NCBI GenBank assembly: GCA_964527425.1
Contig: CAZGOA010000002.1
Span: 73,346-137,345 of the forward strand
Length of the DNA stretch: 64,000 nucleotides
Reading direction: 5' to 3'
DNA from: an uncultured Gammaproteobacteria bacterium
Lineage (GTDB): Bacteria; Patescibacteriota; Microgenomatia; UBA10105; UBA927
In this document: positions 19,370-29,100 of the stretch, in pieces
Position numbering within the stretch: position 1 is the first letter of the stretch
Layout of the letters: each line of letters begins with the position of its first letter
Notes under the pieces: generated by a model
Database searches by the model: none
Told to the model about the DNA's origin: nothing
What the model saw: only the letters and a program-made list of their open reading frames with translations
Made by a program: the position numbers and the translations under genes

Positions 19370-19457
19370 GAAGATATATGAAGAATAGATACATTGAAGA
19401 CAGATGATGGAAGACACAATCTTCACACATCCAACTTCAATGTTACCTTATATCTTC
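19370..19457 (-). promoter_or_regulatory. pnp 5' leader with nested inverted repeats (candidate processing or autoregulatory stem-loop)
   Basis: GAAGATATA (19370-78) pairs with TATATCTTC (19449-57). ACATTGAAG (19391-99) pairs with CTTCAATGT (19435-43). The innermost hairpin is GAAGAcacaaTCTTC. The outer stem abuts the pnp start codon. Confidence 0.4.
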
Positions 19458-19489
19458 ATCCTCCTAATATATAAAAATACAATTCTGTA

Positions 19490-19882
19490 TTATTTGCCTA
19501 ATCCTAATTTTTTTGTTACTTCAGCGTATCGCTTTGAATCCTGTTTCTCAAGATAGTTTAATAATCGACGTCTTTTACTAACAATTCCAAGTAATCCACG
19601 TCTAGAATGATTATCAGAATGGTTGGTTTTTAAATGAAGTATAAGTTTTTCTATACGATTCGTTAAAAGAGCAACTTGAACTTCTGGACTACCAGTATCA
19701 CCATCTTTTACAGCATATTGTTCAATAATTGTCTTTTTCTCTGCGCTGGGTTCAGGTGTAATTTCTTCTTTTTCTGCTTTTTTAGTTACTTTTTTTGCTT
19801 TTTTAGGAGCTTCGGTTGATGCAACTGATTCTTCTTTTGCAACTTTTTTTGTTTTTTCTTCTGTTTGTTTTGCTTTTGCCAT
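19490..19882 (-). CDS. rpsO: Ribosomal protein uS15 with a ~45 aa Lys/Ala/Glu-rich N-terminal extension
   Basis: The C-terminal 85 aa match the S15 core (…[27 protein letters not shown]…). The N-terminal extension is KAKK/KKV-rich and low in complexity. Confidence 0.85.
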   Translation of the reverse strand: MAKAKQTEEKTKKVAKEESVASTEAPKKAKKVTKKAEKEEITPEPSAEKKTIIEQYAVKDGDTGSPEVQVALLTNRIEKLILHLKTNHSDNHSRRGLLGIVSKRRRLLNYLEKQDSKRYAEVTKKLGLGK

Positions 19883-20147
19883 ACCTGCATTTCCTTTCTT
19901 CTTTTTAGAAGTTTAGTTATTTTACACTATTTTGGTCAGATATACAATCATAAAGGCTTTCTTAACCGAATTTCCTTTTCGATTATTGTATTCATTTACT
20001 ATTGAATATCTCCTATCACGTATTGTTACTATCGGTATATCAAAAAACGTTTTATCTGATTTTGTTGTAAATTCTATATTCTCATGAGTACGAGCTTTGA
20101 ATGCTTGAAGAAATCTTAAACTCATTCACTACCTAAAAACTTGTAGA

Positions 20148-21038
20148 TTATCCTAAATTAGAGCTTTTGAAGATCTTTGGCTTTAACCAATCTGGAGGAG
20201 TTTCTTGAGCTTGATTACTTGGTATAGTGACTGGATTAGCTTCAATTGATTCAGTAATGCCATGTTCCTCTACGGGAATTTCTTCACTAACTGGCATTGA
20301 TACAGTTCTTTGAAACTTTTTTCCTCCTAATCTGGAAACTTCTGCAGCAATCTCAAACGCTTTAGCACTTACATTTGCTGAAGTGAAATTATTTGTTGCC
20401 GAAAAAAGAGCATTTAATACATTTGTAGCCATATCTTGAGTTAACGTGACACCTAAACTCTTAATAACTTCAAAAATAAGCTCAACAGTCGAAGAAACAT
20501 GTGGATCAACGATATTTACTTGTCCATAATTACTATTGTTTGGATGTCTATCTATATTAATGACAGGCTTAGAAGCAAATAGATCTTTATTTGTTTCATA
20601 TACCTTCTTAAGACCACCTAAATGTATAGTATCTACTACAATAATTGCATCTACGTTAGCCCCAGCCTGAGAAAAATGAACTTTATCCTGTGTAAAAGAA
20701 TCAAAACCATCACGTGGTTCAATCACAAGATTAAATGTATTTCCTTCAATATTATAACTAACCTTTTCTATTGAACCCTCGGTGTAATCCAATGAAATCA
20801 CAAAATGCTTTTTGCCTACTTCATTTACAATCTTATTTGCACCAACAAAATGAGAATGTTCAACAGTAATAGGATCAGGAAGTGCAACAGTTACCTTTTT
20901 ACCTAAACTTTGAAGCGCTAAATAGATAGTAAGTAAACTCCCTATACTATCAGCAGTCGGGCGTTCGTGTGACACAATCAATAACGATTGTGCTTGTTCA
21001 ATAATTTTACGTGCAGATTCAAGATGTGTCTGATTCAT
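20148..21038 (-). CDS. nrnA: DHH/DHHA1 phosphoesterase (NrnA-like nanoRNase / pAp phosphatase)
   Basis: DHH-family N-terminal motifs (…LIVSHERPTADSIGS…). It occupies the conserved slot between infB and rpsO. Confidence 0.6.
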   Translation of the reverse strand: MNQTHLESARKIIEQAQSLLIVSHERPTADSIGSLLTIYLALQSLGKKVTVALPDPITVEHSHFVGANKIVNEVGKKHFVISLDYTEGSIEKVSYNIEGNTFNLVIEPRDGFDSFTQDKVHFSQAGANVDAIIVVDTIHLGGLKKVYETNKDLFASKPVINIDRHPNNSNYGQVNIVDPHVSSTVELIFEVIKSLGVTLTQDMATNVLNALFSATNNFTSANVSAKAFEIAAEVSRLGGKKFQRTVSMPVSEEIPVEEHGITESIEANPVTIPSNQAQETPPDWLKPKIFKSSNLG

Positions 21039-21050
21039 AAGCCTATAGCA

Positions 21051-22526
21051 TTATTTTATGTACGCAATTATAACATCTGTCTTTGAAAAAGCAATAGGCT
21101 TGTCAAATAAAATACCACATTCCTCTCCTTCTTCTACTTTATTTACCTCTAATCTCCCTTGACGAATAGTTTTGATTTTCCCTTTATCAATAATCTCTTC
21201 ACCTCGCAATACTTTTACTAAATCACCTTTAGCGAGTCGGCCATTTTCAACTTTTGTACCTGCAACCCGTTGATTATCAAAAGGAAATTCAGCCAAAATT
21301 GTACCTTTACCCATTTCCCTTTCACCAGATATGACTTCTTTCATTCCCGCCACAACATCATGGAGTTCATCAAGTAATTCATAAATAATCGTGTATGTTC
21401 TATATACTACTTTTTCCGTTTCAGCGAGTTTTGCAGCAGAACCCTTGCATTGGACATTGAATCCTACAATAAATGCATGATGAGATCGTGCAGAAAGTAT
21501 ATCTGCCTCAGTGATATCCCCGTACCCTTCACCAACTATCTGGATTTTGTCAGAAAAGGAAGCTTTTATTGCTTCCATAGATCCTGCTGTATCTGTTTTT
21601 AAGAGAATAACGAGCTTCTCTTGTTCGACCTCATGTAAAGGTTTTAAGAAATCTGGAATATCTTGTACTTGTTTTTCTGTGTTTGCTTGGAGAATGACCG
21701 TACGACTATGAGGTTGTTCTGTTAAGAGCATTCCAATGGTAGGTAATGAGTCAAACCCTAATATTTGGACTGGCTTTCCTGGATTAGCTTGTTTAACCTG
21801 TTGGCCAAATTCATCATTCATACCCCTTACTTTACCCATTAATCTATCTTCTTCGTATAATTTGGTTCCTACCTGTAATTGTCCACTTTTAACGATGACT
21901 GAAGCGACCATTCCTTTTCCTTTATCTACGCGTGTTTCTATTACATTTCCAGAAAAATACTGCTCATCTGCATGTTTTTCCTTCATATCCCATACAAGTA
22001 AAATTAAATCCAGTAACTCTTGAATTCCCTTACCAGTTTTTGCAGATACGCCAATCCAGGGAATATCTCCACCAAATCCCTCCACTTGAACACTGTGTTT
22101 TGCTAAATCCTGTTTGACTTTTTGAACATTTGCACCTTCAAGATCCGTTTTGTTTATGGCAACAATCATTGACGTATTTGATTGTTGTATCTGATGTATA
22201 GAGTCTATTGTCTGAGGCTTAACACTGTCATCGGCAGCAACGACTAAGATAGCAATATCTGCTGCATTTGCTCCCCGAGAACGCATTTGAGCAAAGGCTT
22301 CATGTCCGGGGGTATCAATAAATGTGATCAGCCGCTGTTCATTTCCTTTACTTTTTATTTCTGTTTGATAGGCACCAATATGTTGAGTAATTCCTCCATA
22401 TTCTTTTGCAGCAACTGTGGTTTTTCGAATGTAATCTAGAAGTGAGGTTTTACCGTGGTCAACATGACCTAAAACCGCTACAACTGGTGGTCTCGATGGG
22501 GTTGATGATTTTGTCTGTTTTGTCAT
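21051..22526 (-). CDS. infB: Translation initiation factor IF-2, short form (G domain plus C-terminal domains only)
   Basis: G1 motif VVAVLGHVDHGKTSLLD, plus DTPGHEAF and NKTD motifs. At 491 aa it lacks the N-terminal extensions. Confidence 0.85.
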   Translation of the reverse strand: MTKQTKSSTPSRPPVVAVLGHVDHGKTSLLDYIRKTTVAAKEYGGITQHIGAYQTEIKSKGNEQRLITFIDTPGHEAFAQMRSRGANAADIAILVVAADDSVKPQTIDSIHQIQQSNTSMIVAINKTDLEGANVQKVKQDLAKHSVQVEGFGGDIPWIGVSAKTGKGIQELLDLILLVWDMKEKHADEQYFSGNVIETRVDKGKGMVASVIVKSGQLQVGTKLYEEDRLMGKVRGMNDEFGQQVKQANPGKPVQILGFDSLPTIGMLLTEQPHSRTVILQANTEKQVQDIPDFLKPLHEVEQEKLVILLKTDTAGSMEAIKASFSDKIQIVGEGYGDITEADILSARSHHAFIVGFNVQCKGSAAKLAETEKVVYRTYTIIYELLDELHDVVAGMKEVISGEREMGKGTILAEFPFDNQRVAGTKVENGRLAKGDLVKVLRGEEIIDKGKIKTIRQGRLEVNKVEEGEECGILFDKPIAFSKTDVIIAYIK

Positions 22527-22618
22527 ATAAATTACATTGACTATTCAGGCCTTTTAAAAACACATAATGTTCAGACTTATTAAAAGGAATCACTACAGAA
22601 CATGAAAAAATCTTCATA

Positions 22619-23725
22619 TTATTCCTTTGAATCTTTATCGTCCACATCCGCTGTTTGGACTTCATCATGTTGTACTTCACTAGAGTCTGCTTTGAGTTCA
22701 TCAGTTAGAGAATTCTCTGGTGATGATGGAACATCTGTTACCTCTGTTGTTTGTTCAACAGTGGTTGTATCTTCAGCATTTTTCCCTCGTATATCAATTT
22801 TCCATCCTGTAAGTTTTGCAGCTAAACGTACATTTTGTCCTTCTCGACCTATAGCCAAAGACAATTGATCTTCAGGAACAAGTACCATCGCTGTTTTGTG
22901 TTCTTCATCAAGAGTAACCGAAATATCTTTAGCAGGTGCTAAAGCTGCAATAATAAACTGCTTTGCATCATCTGTCCATTGAATAATATCTACCTTTTCA
23001 TTGCCTCCTAGTTCATTGATAACCGCTTGTACACGTACTCCTTTTTGTCCAACACATGAGCCTACCGGATCAACCCCTGATTGACTAGAAAACACAGCAA
23101 CTTTTGTTCTACCCCCTGCTTCACGAGCAATAGCTCGTAATTCAACAGCATCCTGTGCAACTTCTGGAACTTCACGCTTAAATAATCCTTCTACCAACCC
23201 TTTATGTGCTCGTGAAACGATAATATCACTCCCTCTGGATGACTCACGAATACCATCAATATAAAAAGTTAATCGTTGATTAAGATGATATTTTTCAGCG
23301 GGATTCTGTTCTGAAGGAGGCATTACTGCTTGTGTTCTGCCAATATCCACAATGACACTTGACCCATCAAAGCGAAGTACCATTCCAGGAACGACACTTC
23401 CAACTTTCATTTGGAAATCAGACAAAACAGCTTGTTTTTCAGCTTCTCGGATTCGTTGTAATATAACTTGCTTTGCTGTTTGTGCTGCAATGCGTCCAAA
23501 TCCTGGGGGAGTAATATCATTACCATTTTTTAAGACTCTTGCTTCTCCTGTATCTCCATTGAGATCTACAGTCATTTGTTCAATTTCATCTGCACCATAA
23601 TCTTTACGATATGCAGCAAGAATAGCTGCTTTAATAGTCTCAATAACAACGTTTATATCAATACCACGCTCTGTGGCTACTTGATGTAAGGCTAATGCAA
23701 ATTCAGATCGTACAATTGCTGGCAT
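22619..23725 (-). CDS. nusA: Transcription termination/antitermination factor NusA
   Basis: NusA N-terminal domain followed by S1 and KH regions, ending in an acidic C-terminal tail. Confidence 0.85.
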   Translation of the reverse strand: MPAIVRSEFALALHQVATERGIDINVVIETIKAAILAAYRKDYGADEIEQMTVDLNGDTGEARVLKNGNDITPPGFGRIAAQTAKQVILQRIREAEKQAVLSDFQMKVGSVVPGMVLRFDGSSVIVDIGRTQAVMPPSEQNPAEKYHLNQRLTFYIDGIRESSRGSDIIVSRAHKGLVEGLFKREVPEVAQDAVELRAIAREAGGRTKVAVFSSQSGVDPVGSCVGQKGVRVQAVINELGGNEKVDIIQWTDDAKQFIIAALAPAKDISVTLDEEHKTAMVLVPEDQLSLAIGREGQNVRLAAKLTGWKIDIRGKNAEDTTTVEQTTEVTDVPSSPENSLTDELKADSSEVQHDEVQTADVDDKDSKE

Positions 23726-23796
23726 AAATGGTTATCAAAAAAATTGGTGGGTTTCCCCACCGTTAATATACGAGAGTATTATACGCAATTTATGCC

Positions 23797-24678
23797 TCAT
23801 CCGTCAATCGCAGCCAACTCTTCTAATAATTCTTTTTGCTTACGACTGAGTTTTTCGGGTATCTTAATTTTTATATGCACATATTGATCACCTCGTCCAT
23901 TTCCCCGCACATGAGGAATACCCTTACCTTTTAAGCGAATGAGCGTTTCTGGCTGTGTACCAGGTTGAATTCGTATTTTAACTGGACCATCAACTGTTGG
24001 AACATCAACCACAGTACCCAATGCTGCAAGTGTCATTGATAGTTCATATTCTACAATAATATTGTCATTTTCTCGTTTAAATTGTTGATCAGGTTTTACT
24101 TCAATAAGAATGTCGAATTCTTCAAATCGAATTCTTGAACCCGAATCCACTCCTGCTGGAATTTTAATGCTTTTTACACTTGTACCACCACCTGCTTCCC
24201 CTTTGGGTATATGTACTTCTTTAGTCACTCCTTTTATAACATCTTTAAAATCAATACTTACCTGATAAACATGACGACGAGCTCTTTGTTGAGTGCGAAA
24301 CCCTCCACCAAAAAATTGCTCAAAAATGTCAAAAGGATCAGAAAAATCAAACCCCTCAAAAGGACTTCCCCCACTACTTTGATAGGAATAAGTAAAAGGA
24401 CCTTGACGATAACTGCCGCCAAAAGGATTGCCTCCTCCAAAACCACCTGCACCTGGCTGAAAAGCACTATGACCAAATTGGTCATACATTTGCTTTTTTT
24501 CTGGATTAGAAAGCACCTCATATGCTTCATTTATTTCTTTAAATTTCTCATTTGCATCAGGGCTCTTATTTCTATCGGGATGCCACTCTAATGCCAACTT
24601 TCTATACGCACGTTTTAACTCATCAGCAGTCGCTGACTTAGAAACTCCTAAAACCTCATAAAAATCACGTTTTGTAGC
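23797..24678 (-). CDS. dnaJ: DnaJ-like J-domain co-chaperone, class B (no zinc-finger domain)
   Basis: J domain with HPD ([34 protein letters not shown]), a G/F-rich region and a C-terminal beta domain. There is no CxxCxGxG repeat. The likely start is the internal Met ([10 protein letters not shown]). Confidence 0.75.
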   Translation of the reverse strand, partial: ATKRDFYEVLGVSKSATADELKRAYRKLALEWHPDRNKSPDANEKFKEINEAYEVLSNPEKKQMYDQFGHSAFQPGAGGFGGGNPFGGSYRQGPFTYSYQSSGGSPFEGFDFSDPFDIFEQFFGGGFRTQQRARRHVYQVSIDFKDVIKGVTKEVHIPKGEAGGGTSVKSIKIPAGVDSGSRIRFEEFDILIEVKPDQQFKRENDNIIVEYELSMTLAALGTVVDVPTVDGPVKIRIQPGTQPETLIRLKGKGIPHVRGNGRGDQYVHIKIKIPEKLSRKQKELLEELAAIDG

Positions 24679-24745
24679 CATAGTTGGATACGACAAACCC
24701 CGCAAGTGTCTGCGGGGCGAAGGATTAATGCCTTCTTTATACTAG

Positions 24746-26635
24746 TTAACTTACAACTTCCCCTTCTTCAACTTTTTTATCGTCTGACTTTTTTTCTTCT
24801 GTTGAATCTTGTGATGCCTGATCTGTCTCTTTAGGGTTTGCACCTTGTTGCGGAAGTGTTGCACTTACACGTTGTACTTCCTGAGCAAGTTCATTCGTTT
24901 TTGCTTCAAGATCAGCTTTACTACCACTTTCTAAAATATCTTTTAATGCTTTCATTTTATCTTCTAGAGCCGTCTTGTCCTCTGGTTTTATCGCATCTTT
25001 TGCATCACTGATTGTTTTTTCCGCAGAATAAATCATACTGTCAGCCACATTTCGCGCTTCAATACGATCTTTCTTCTCTTGATCTGCAGTAGCATTAGCT
25101 TCGGCTTCCTGTTTCATTTTTTCAATTTCTTCTTTTGAAAGTCCAGTAGATCCGGTTATTTTTATATTTGCTACTTTTCCACTAGCCTTATCCTTTGCAG
25201 TTACATTCAAAATGCCTGAAGCATCTATATCAAATGTTACTTCTACTTGAGGGACACCTCGTGGTGCAGGAGGAATACCAGATAAAACAAACCTTCCTAA
25301 TGATTTATTATCCGCTGCCATAGGTCGTTCACCCTGTAAGACATGAATTTCAACAGAAGTTTGATTATCTGCAGCAGTAGAAAATACTTCACTTTTACTG
25401 GTTGGAACAGTCGTATTTCGTTGTATAAGAGGTGTCATCACCCCACCTAACGTTTCAACTCCAAGTGTTAAAGGTGTTACATCAAGTAATACAACATCCT
25501 TTACATCACCAGCCAATACTCCTGCCTGCACAGCTGCACCGACAGCTACAACTTCATCAGGATTAACAGATTTATTTGGTTCTTTACCAAAAAAGTTCTT
25601 TACCGCTTCTATTACTTTCGGCATTCGTGTCATACCACCGACAAGAACTACTTCATCAATTTGTGAAGCAGATAACTTTGCATCACTTAAGCACTTCTTT
25701 ACAGGTTCAATTGACTGTTTAATTAACTCATCTACAATACTTTCAAATTTTGCTCTGCTAATTTTCATTACTAAATGCAATGGACCCGCAGAGCCTTGCG
25801 TGATAAACGGCAAGTTAATTTCAGCCTCCATCGAAGTTGATAATTCAATTTTTGCTTTTTCTGCTGCATCTCTCAATCGTTGTAATGCTTGAGGATCTTT
25901 TCGTAAATCAATAGAGTGTTCTTTTTTAAACTCTTCGGCTAAATAATCTAAGAGTTTTTGATCAAAGTCATCTCCACCCAAATGAGTATCACCGTTCGTC
26001 GCTTTTACCTCATACACTCCTTCTCCTAACTCCAAAACCGTAATATCAAATGTCCCTCCACCTAAATCATATACGGCAATGGTATGAGCGTTTTTTTTGT
26101 CTAAACCATATGCTAATGCTGCAGCAGTGGGTTCATTTAAGATTCGAAGAACTTCCAGCCCTGCGATTTCTCCTGCTTGCTTGGTTGCTTGTCTTTGGCT
26201 GTCATCAAAATATGCAGGCACTGTAATAACTGCCTGTTTTACACTTTCTCCTAAATAGCTTTCTGCATCAGCCTTTAATTTAGCTAAAATTTTTGCAGAA
26301 ATTTCCTGAGGGGTGTATTGTTTACCCTCTACCTCTACAACTGCCATCTCATTTTTTCCAGCTACCACTTTGTAGGGCAAAAGTTTGGCATCACGTGCAA
26401 CAGAAGGGTCTGAAAACTTGCGGCCTACCAAGCGCTTTACCGAATAGAGAGTCGTTTTAGGGTTCATTACCATTTGTCTTTTAGCAACATCGCCTACAAT
26501 ATTTTTAATAGGATCTACCACAGAAGGCGTTACATTTCTTCCTTCGGCAGAATGGATAACCTTAGGAGCCCCACCCTCCATAACTGCAACACAAGAATTT
26601 GTTGTTCCTAAATCAATACCAATAATTTTTGCCAT
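24746..26635 (-). CDS. dnaK: Chaperone DnaK (Hsp70)
   Basis: [22 protein letters not shown] and the rest of the Hsp70 signature. The likely start is [10 protein letters not shown]. Confidence 0.95.
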   Translation of the reverse strand: MAKIIGIDLGTTNSCVAVMEGGAPKVIHSAEGRNVTPSVVDPIKNIVGDVAKRQMVMNPKTTLYSVKRLVGRKFSDPSVARDAKLLPYKVVAGKNEMAVVEVEGKQYTPQEISAKILAKLKADAESYLGESVKQAVITVPAYFDDSQRQATKQAGEIAGLEVLRILNEPTAAALAYGLDKKNAHTIAVYDLGGGTFDITVLELGEGVYEVKATNGDTHLGGDDFDQKLLDYLAEEFKKEHSIDLRKDPQALQRLRDAAEKAKIELSTSMEAEINLPFITQGSAGPLHLVMKISRAKFESIVDELIKQSIEPVKKCLSDAKLSASQIDEVVLVGGMTRMPKVIEAVKNFFGKEPNKSVNPDEVVAVGAAVQAGVLAGDVKDVVLLDVTPLTLGVETLGGVMTPLIQRNTTVPTSKSEVFSTAADNQTSVEIHVLQGERPMAADNKSLGRFVLSGIPPAPRGVPQVEVTFDIDASGILNVTAKDKASGKVANIKITGSTGLSKEEIEKMKQEAEANATADQEKKDRIEARNVADSMIYSAEKTISDAKDAIKPEDKTALEDKMKALKDILESGSKADLEAKTNELAQEVQRVSATLPQQGANPKETDQASQDSTEEKKSDDKKVEEGEVVS

Positions 26636-26694
26636 AAAAACTCCTTTCAAGAGATTGTTACAGTAAATATAGAAACTATGTATACTGTTAACAG

Positions 26695-27192
26695 TTAGTT
26701 ATTACTTTTTTTACCGACTTTTACTTGTGCTACACGAAGTACTTTTTCATACATTGTGTAACCCGTTGTAACTACCTCAACAACCACACCATCTTCACCT
26801 TCAACTACTTCTATGCACTCCATAGCGAACGGATCAAACGGTTTACCAATAATATTCATACGCTTAACTCCATTACCCTCTAATGCACTTTCAAACTCTT
26901 TCATTGCTAACGTTAAGCCTTTATTTTCAATATGTTTTAATGCACGTTCTAAATTGTCTAATGCAGGAAGAAATCTTCTTAAGGTAACTTCCGCAGCAAA
27001 TTTTTTTATCTCCTCTTTCTCTGCAAATACTCGTTTTTCTAAATTTTGATAATCAGCAAGCGCACGTAAATATTTTTGCCTGTATTCCTCTGTTTGTTGC
27101 TTTAATACTGCAATTTCTTCGTTATTCTCATTATCAGTATTGTTTTCAGTTTGAGATTTATCAGGCTCATCATTTGTTTGAGTATGCTTCAT
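26695..27192 (-). CDS. grpE: Nucleotide exchange factor GrpE
   Basis: 165 aa with the GrpE coiled-coil and a C-terminal beta domain. It lies between hrcA and dnaK. Confidence 0.85.
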   Translation of the reverse strand: MKHTQTNDEPDKSQTENNTDNENNEEIAVLKQQTEEYRQKYLRALADYQNLEKRVFAEKEEIKKFAAEVTLRRFLPALDNLERALKHIENKGLTLAMKEFESALEGNGVKRMNIIGKPFDPFAMECIEVVEGEDGVVVEVVTTGYTMYEKVLRVAQVKVGKKSNN

Positions 27193-27202
27193 ACAGGTAT
27201 CC

Positions 27203-27931
27203 TTACTTCCACCGTGAACCTAATTCTCCAATTAATGATCCTACATATCGAACTACTGGTATTACATATGGATAATTAAGTCGCGATGGACCGACTACTC
27301 CTACAGCTCCTGAAAGCGAAGGGGTAGAAAATTTATAATATACAACACCACATTGATTCAAGAAACTCCGCGATCCAAAAGATTCCCCGAGTAATACATC
27401 AAAAGGATCAGGACGTGTAGAAAACAACTCCCACCAAAAATCTGATTGATCTAAGGTAGAAAGTAAATGATGTGTTAGTTCATAATCATAAAATTCAGGC
27501 ATGTCTAAAATATTGGCTGCTCCAGAGTAGTACAAATCTCCATTCTCGGTCGCCGTAAACGCTAACGTTTTTGTTTTCTGAGCCAACGTTTTCGTTGTTT
27601 CTCGTAAAAATTTATCCATTTCTTGCCGATAATCCCATACTTTTTCTTTTACTGAAACTTCATCTGCAACAGATAGATTCTTTGGCTTCATCATGTGCTC
27701 TACATAATATTGAAGTGCCTGAGGTGTTGGAGAGCGTCCAGCAGATGCATGTGGTTGAGCTAGCATTTTCATCTGTGTTAACCGAACCATTTCATTTCGT
27801 ATAGTAGCTGGCGAAACACCCAAATTATATTTTTTCTCCAACGTCTCTGATCCGACAGGTTCTGCTGTCGCAATGTATTCTTCTATAATTGCTTTTAAAA
27901 TACTGATTTGTCGTTCCGTTAGTTCTTCCAT
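27203..27931 (-). CDS. hrcA: Heat-inducible transcription repressor HrcA (short)
   Basis: N-terminal winged HTH (LTERQISILKAIIEEYIATAEPVGSETLEKKYNLGVSPATIRNEM). It is the first gene of the hrcA-grpE-dnaK-dnaJ operon, with a CIRCE element upstream. Confidence 0.75.
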   Translation of the reverse strand: MEELTERQISILKAIIEEYIATAEPVGSETLEKKYNLGVSPATIRNEMVRLTQMKMLAQPHASAGRSPTPQALQYYVEHMMKPKNLSVADEVSVKEKVWDYRQEMDKFLRETTKTLAQKTKTLAFTATENGDLYYSGAANILDMPEFYDYELTHHLLSTLDQSDFWWELFSTRPDPFDVLLGESFGSRSFLNQCGVVYYKFSTPSLSGAVGVVGPSRLNYPYVIPVVRYVGSLIGELGSRWK

Positions 27932-27952
27932 AAGATAAATGTTGAAATAGTA

Positions 27953-27979
27953 TTAGCAGTACTATATAAAGAGTGCTAA
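27953..27979. promoter_or_regulatory. CIRCE operator (HrcA binding site)
   Basis: The sequence TTAGCAGTA-N9-GAGTGCTAA fits the CIRCE consensus TTAGCACTC-N9-GAGTGCTAA with two mismatches in the left arm. It lies 20-50 nt upstream of hrcA. Confidence 0.7.
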
Positions 27980-27989
27980 TTTCTGTCAA
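27961..27989 (-). promoter_or_regulatory. Sigma-A type promoter of the hrcA operon (TTGACA-N17-TATAGT on the minus strand) overlapped by CIRCE
   Basis: The minus strand reads TTGACAgaaattagcactctttaTATAGT. The -10 element lies about 30 nt upstream of the hrcA ATG. Confidence 0.5.
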
Positions 27990-28042
27990 GAACCACATAC
28001 GCTACTTGCACAAAAAAAATATTCCTGTCCATAATAAAAAGA

Positions 28043-29098
28043 ATGTCCAGAAAATTTCTATTCATAATAATAACGTTATTTTTGCTAATAGCTATTCCTA
28101 TTACATTTTTTGTTATGCGTCAGCAACAAGAAATTAGGAAACAAGCTGCTCCATTAACACAGTTATCCATGAGTCCCGCTCAAATCTCCAAAAATGTGGG
28201 TGATGAATTCCAGGTTCAAATTATGATCGATACGGGAACAAACCCAGTTATTCTCACCGACATGTATATTACGTATGATCCTACCAAATTACAATTTCTA
28301 AGTGCTGTAAATTCTGCAAACTTTCCGAATGAACAAACAACAATCTCAAATCCTAATGGTGCTTTTCACTACCAATTAACCACATTAAGTTTACAAACCC
28401 CATTTACAGGTACCGGACCCGTAGCAACACTACGATTTCAAGCACTTGCACCAACAACCTCACCTATAGATATTGCATTTACTGAACAAACGGGTATTTT
28501 CGGAATTCAAGAACAAAAAGTTAATTTACTCATTGGTGCTAATCCAGCAAAAGTGACAATAGGTGGAGGTGGTTCAACAATCGCACCTACACCTTCAACA
28601 ATTCCAACAACACTTACACCAACACAGCCTTCAAGTCCTTCTGGCTTACTTAATTTAACGGTAACTTCACCTGTTAACAATTCTGTAACATCCGACTCCA
28701 CACCAACTATCGTTGGGAAAGCTAATTCTGGGAGTATTATCACTATAGTATCTTCACCCACAGGATTTAATGGAAGTATAACTGCTGATACTACAGGAAA
28801 CTGGTCATTTACCCCAACACAAGCCATAAAAAACGGTACATATACTCTCACGGTTACCGCTACAAATCCCGTTTCCGGTCAAACACAATCTACAACATCA
28901 ATTATAACAATAGGTTCATCCACAATAACGCCAACTACCACACCAACTATTATTACTTCAGATACTGACACAATTGAAGAAGACACTTCTACTTCAGAAA
29001 TACCGGTAACCGGAACAATAGAAACCACATTACTCATAGCTCTAATTGGTTTAATTATGCTTCTGGGAGGAGCTGCATTGCCATTTTTTATCCGCTGA
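28043..29098 (+). CDS. Cell-surface protein. It has a signal anchor, a cohesin-like beta domain, a Thr/Pro linker, a bacterial Ig-like domain, and a C-terminal EIPVTG motif followed by a hydrophobic helix and FFIR tail (sortase-type sorting signal).
   Basis: The N-terminus has a TM/signal helix. The Ig-like segment reads SPVNNSVTSDSTPTIVGKANSGSIITIV…TGNWSFTPTQAIKNGTYTLTVTATN. The C-terminus reads SEIPVTGTIETTLLIALIGLIMLLGGAALPFFIR. Confidence 0.5.
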   Translation: MSRKFLFIIITLFLLIAIPITFFVMRQQQEIRKQAAPLTQLSMSPAQISKNVGDEFQVQIMIDTGTNPVILTDMYITYDPTKLQFLSAVNSANFPNEQTTISNPNGAFHYQLTTLSLQTPFTGTGPVATLRFQALAPTTSPIDIAFTEQTGIFGIQEQKVNLLIGANPAKVTIGGGGSTIAPTPSTIPTTLTPTQPSSPSGLLNLTVTSPVNNSVTSDSTPTIVGKANSGSIITIVSSPTGFNGSITADTTGNWSFTPTQAIKNGTYTLTVTATNPVSGQTQSTTSIITIGSSTITPTTTPTIITSDTDTIEEDTSTSEIPVTGTIETTLLIALIGLIMLLGGAALPFFIR

Positions 29099-29100
29099 TT

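Noticed and set aside
19370-19426. Upstream extension of the PNPase ORF in the track (MKIVSSIICLQCIYSSYIF…)
   Set aside because: It begins at an alternative GTG codon and is unrelated to the PNPase N-terminus. The conserved start MNIVSKSTEIGGKTLTLE aligns with the ATG at 19369. The extension overlaps the structured leader.
19922-20125. 67 aa ORF between rpsO and nrnA, where truB or rbfA would be expected
   Set aside because: It has no similarity to RbfA or TruB and its composition is low-complexity. It could be spurious, and I left it uncalled.
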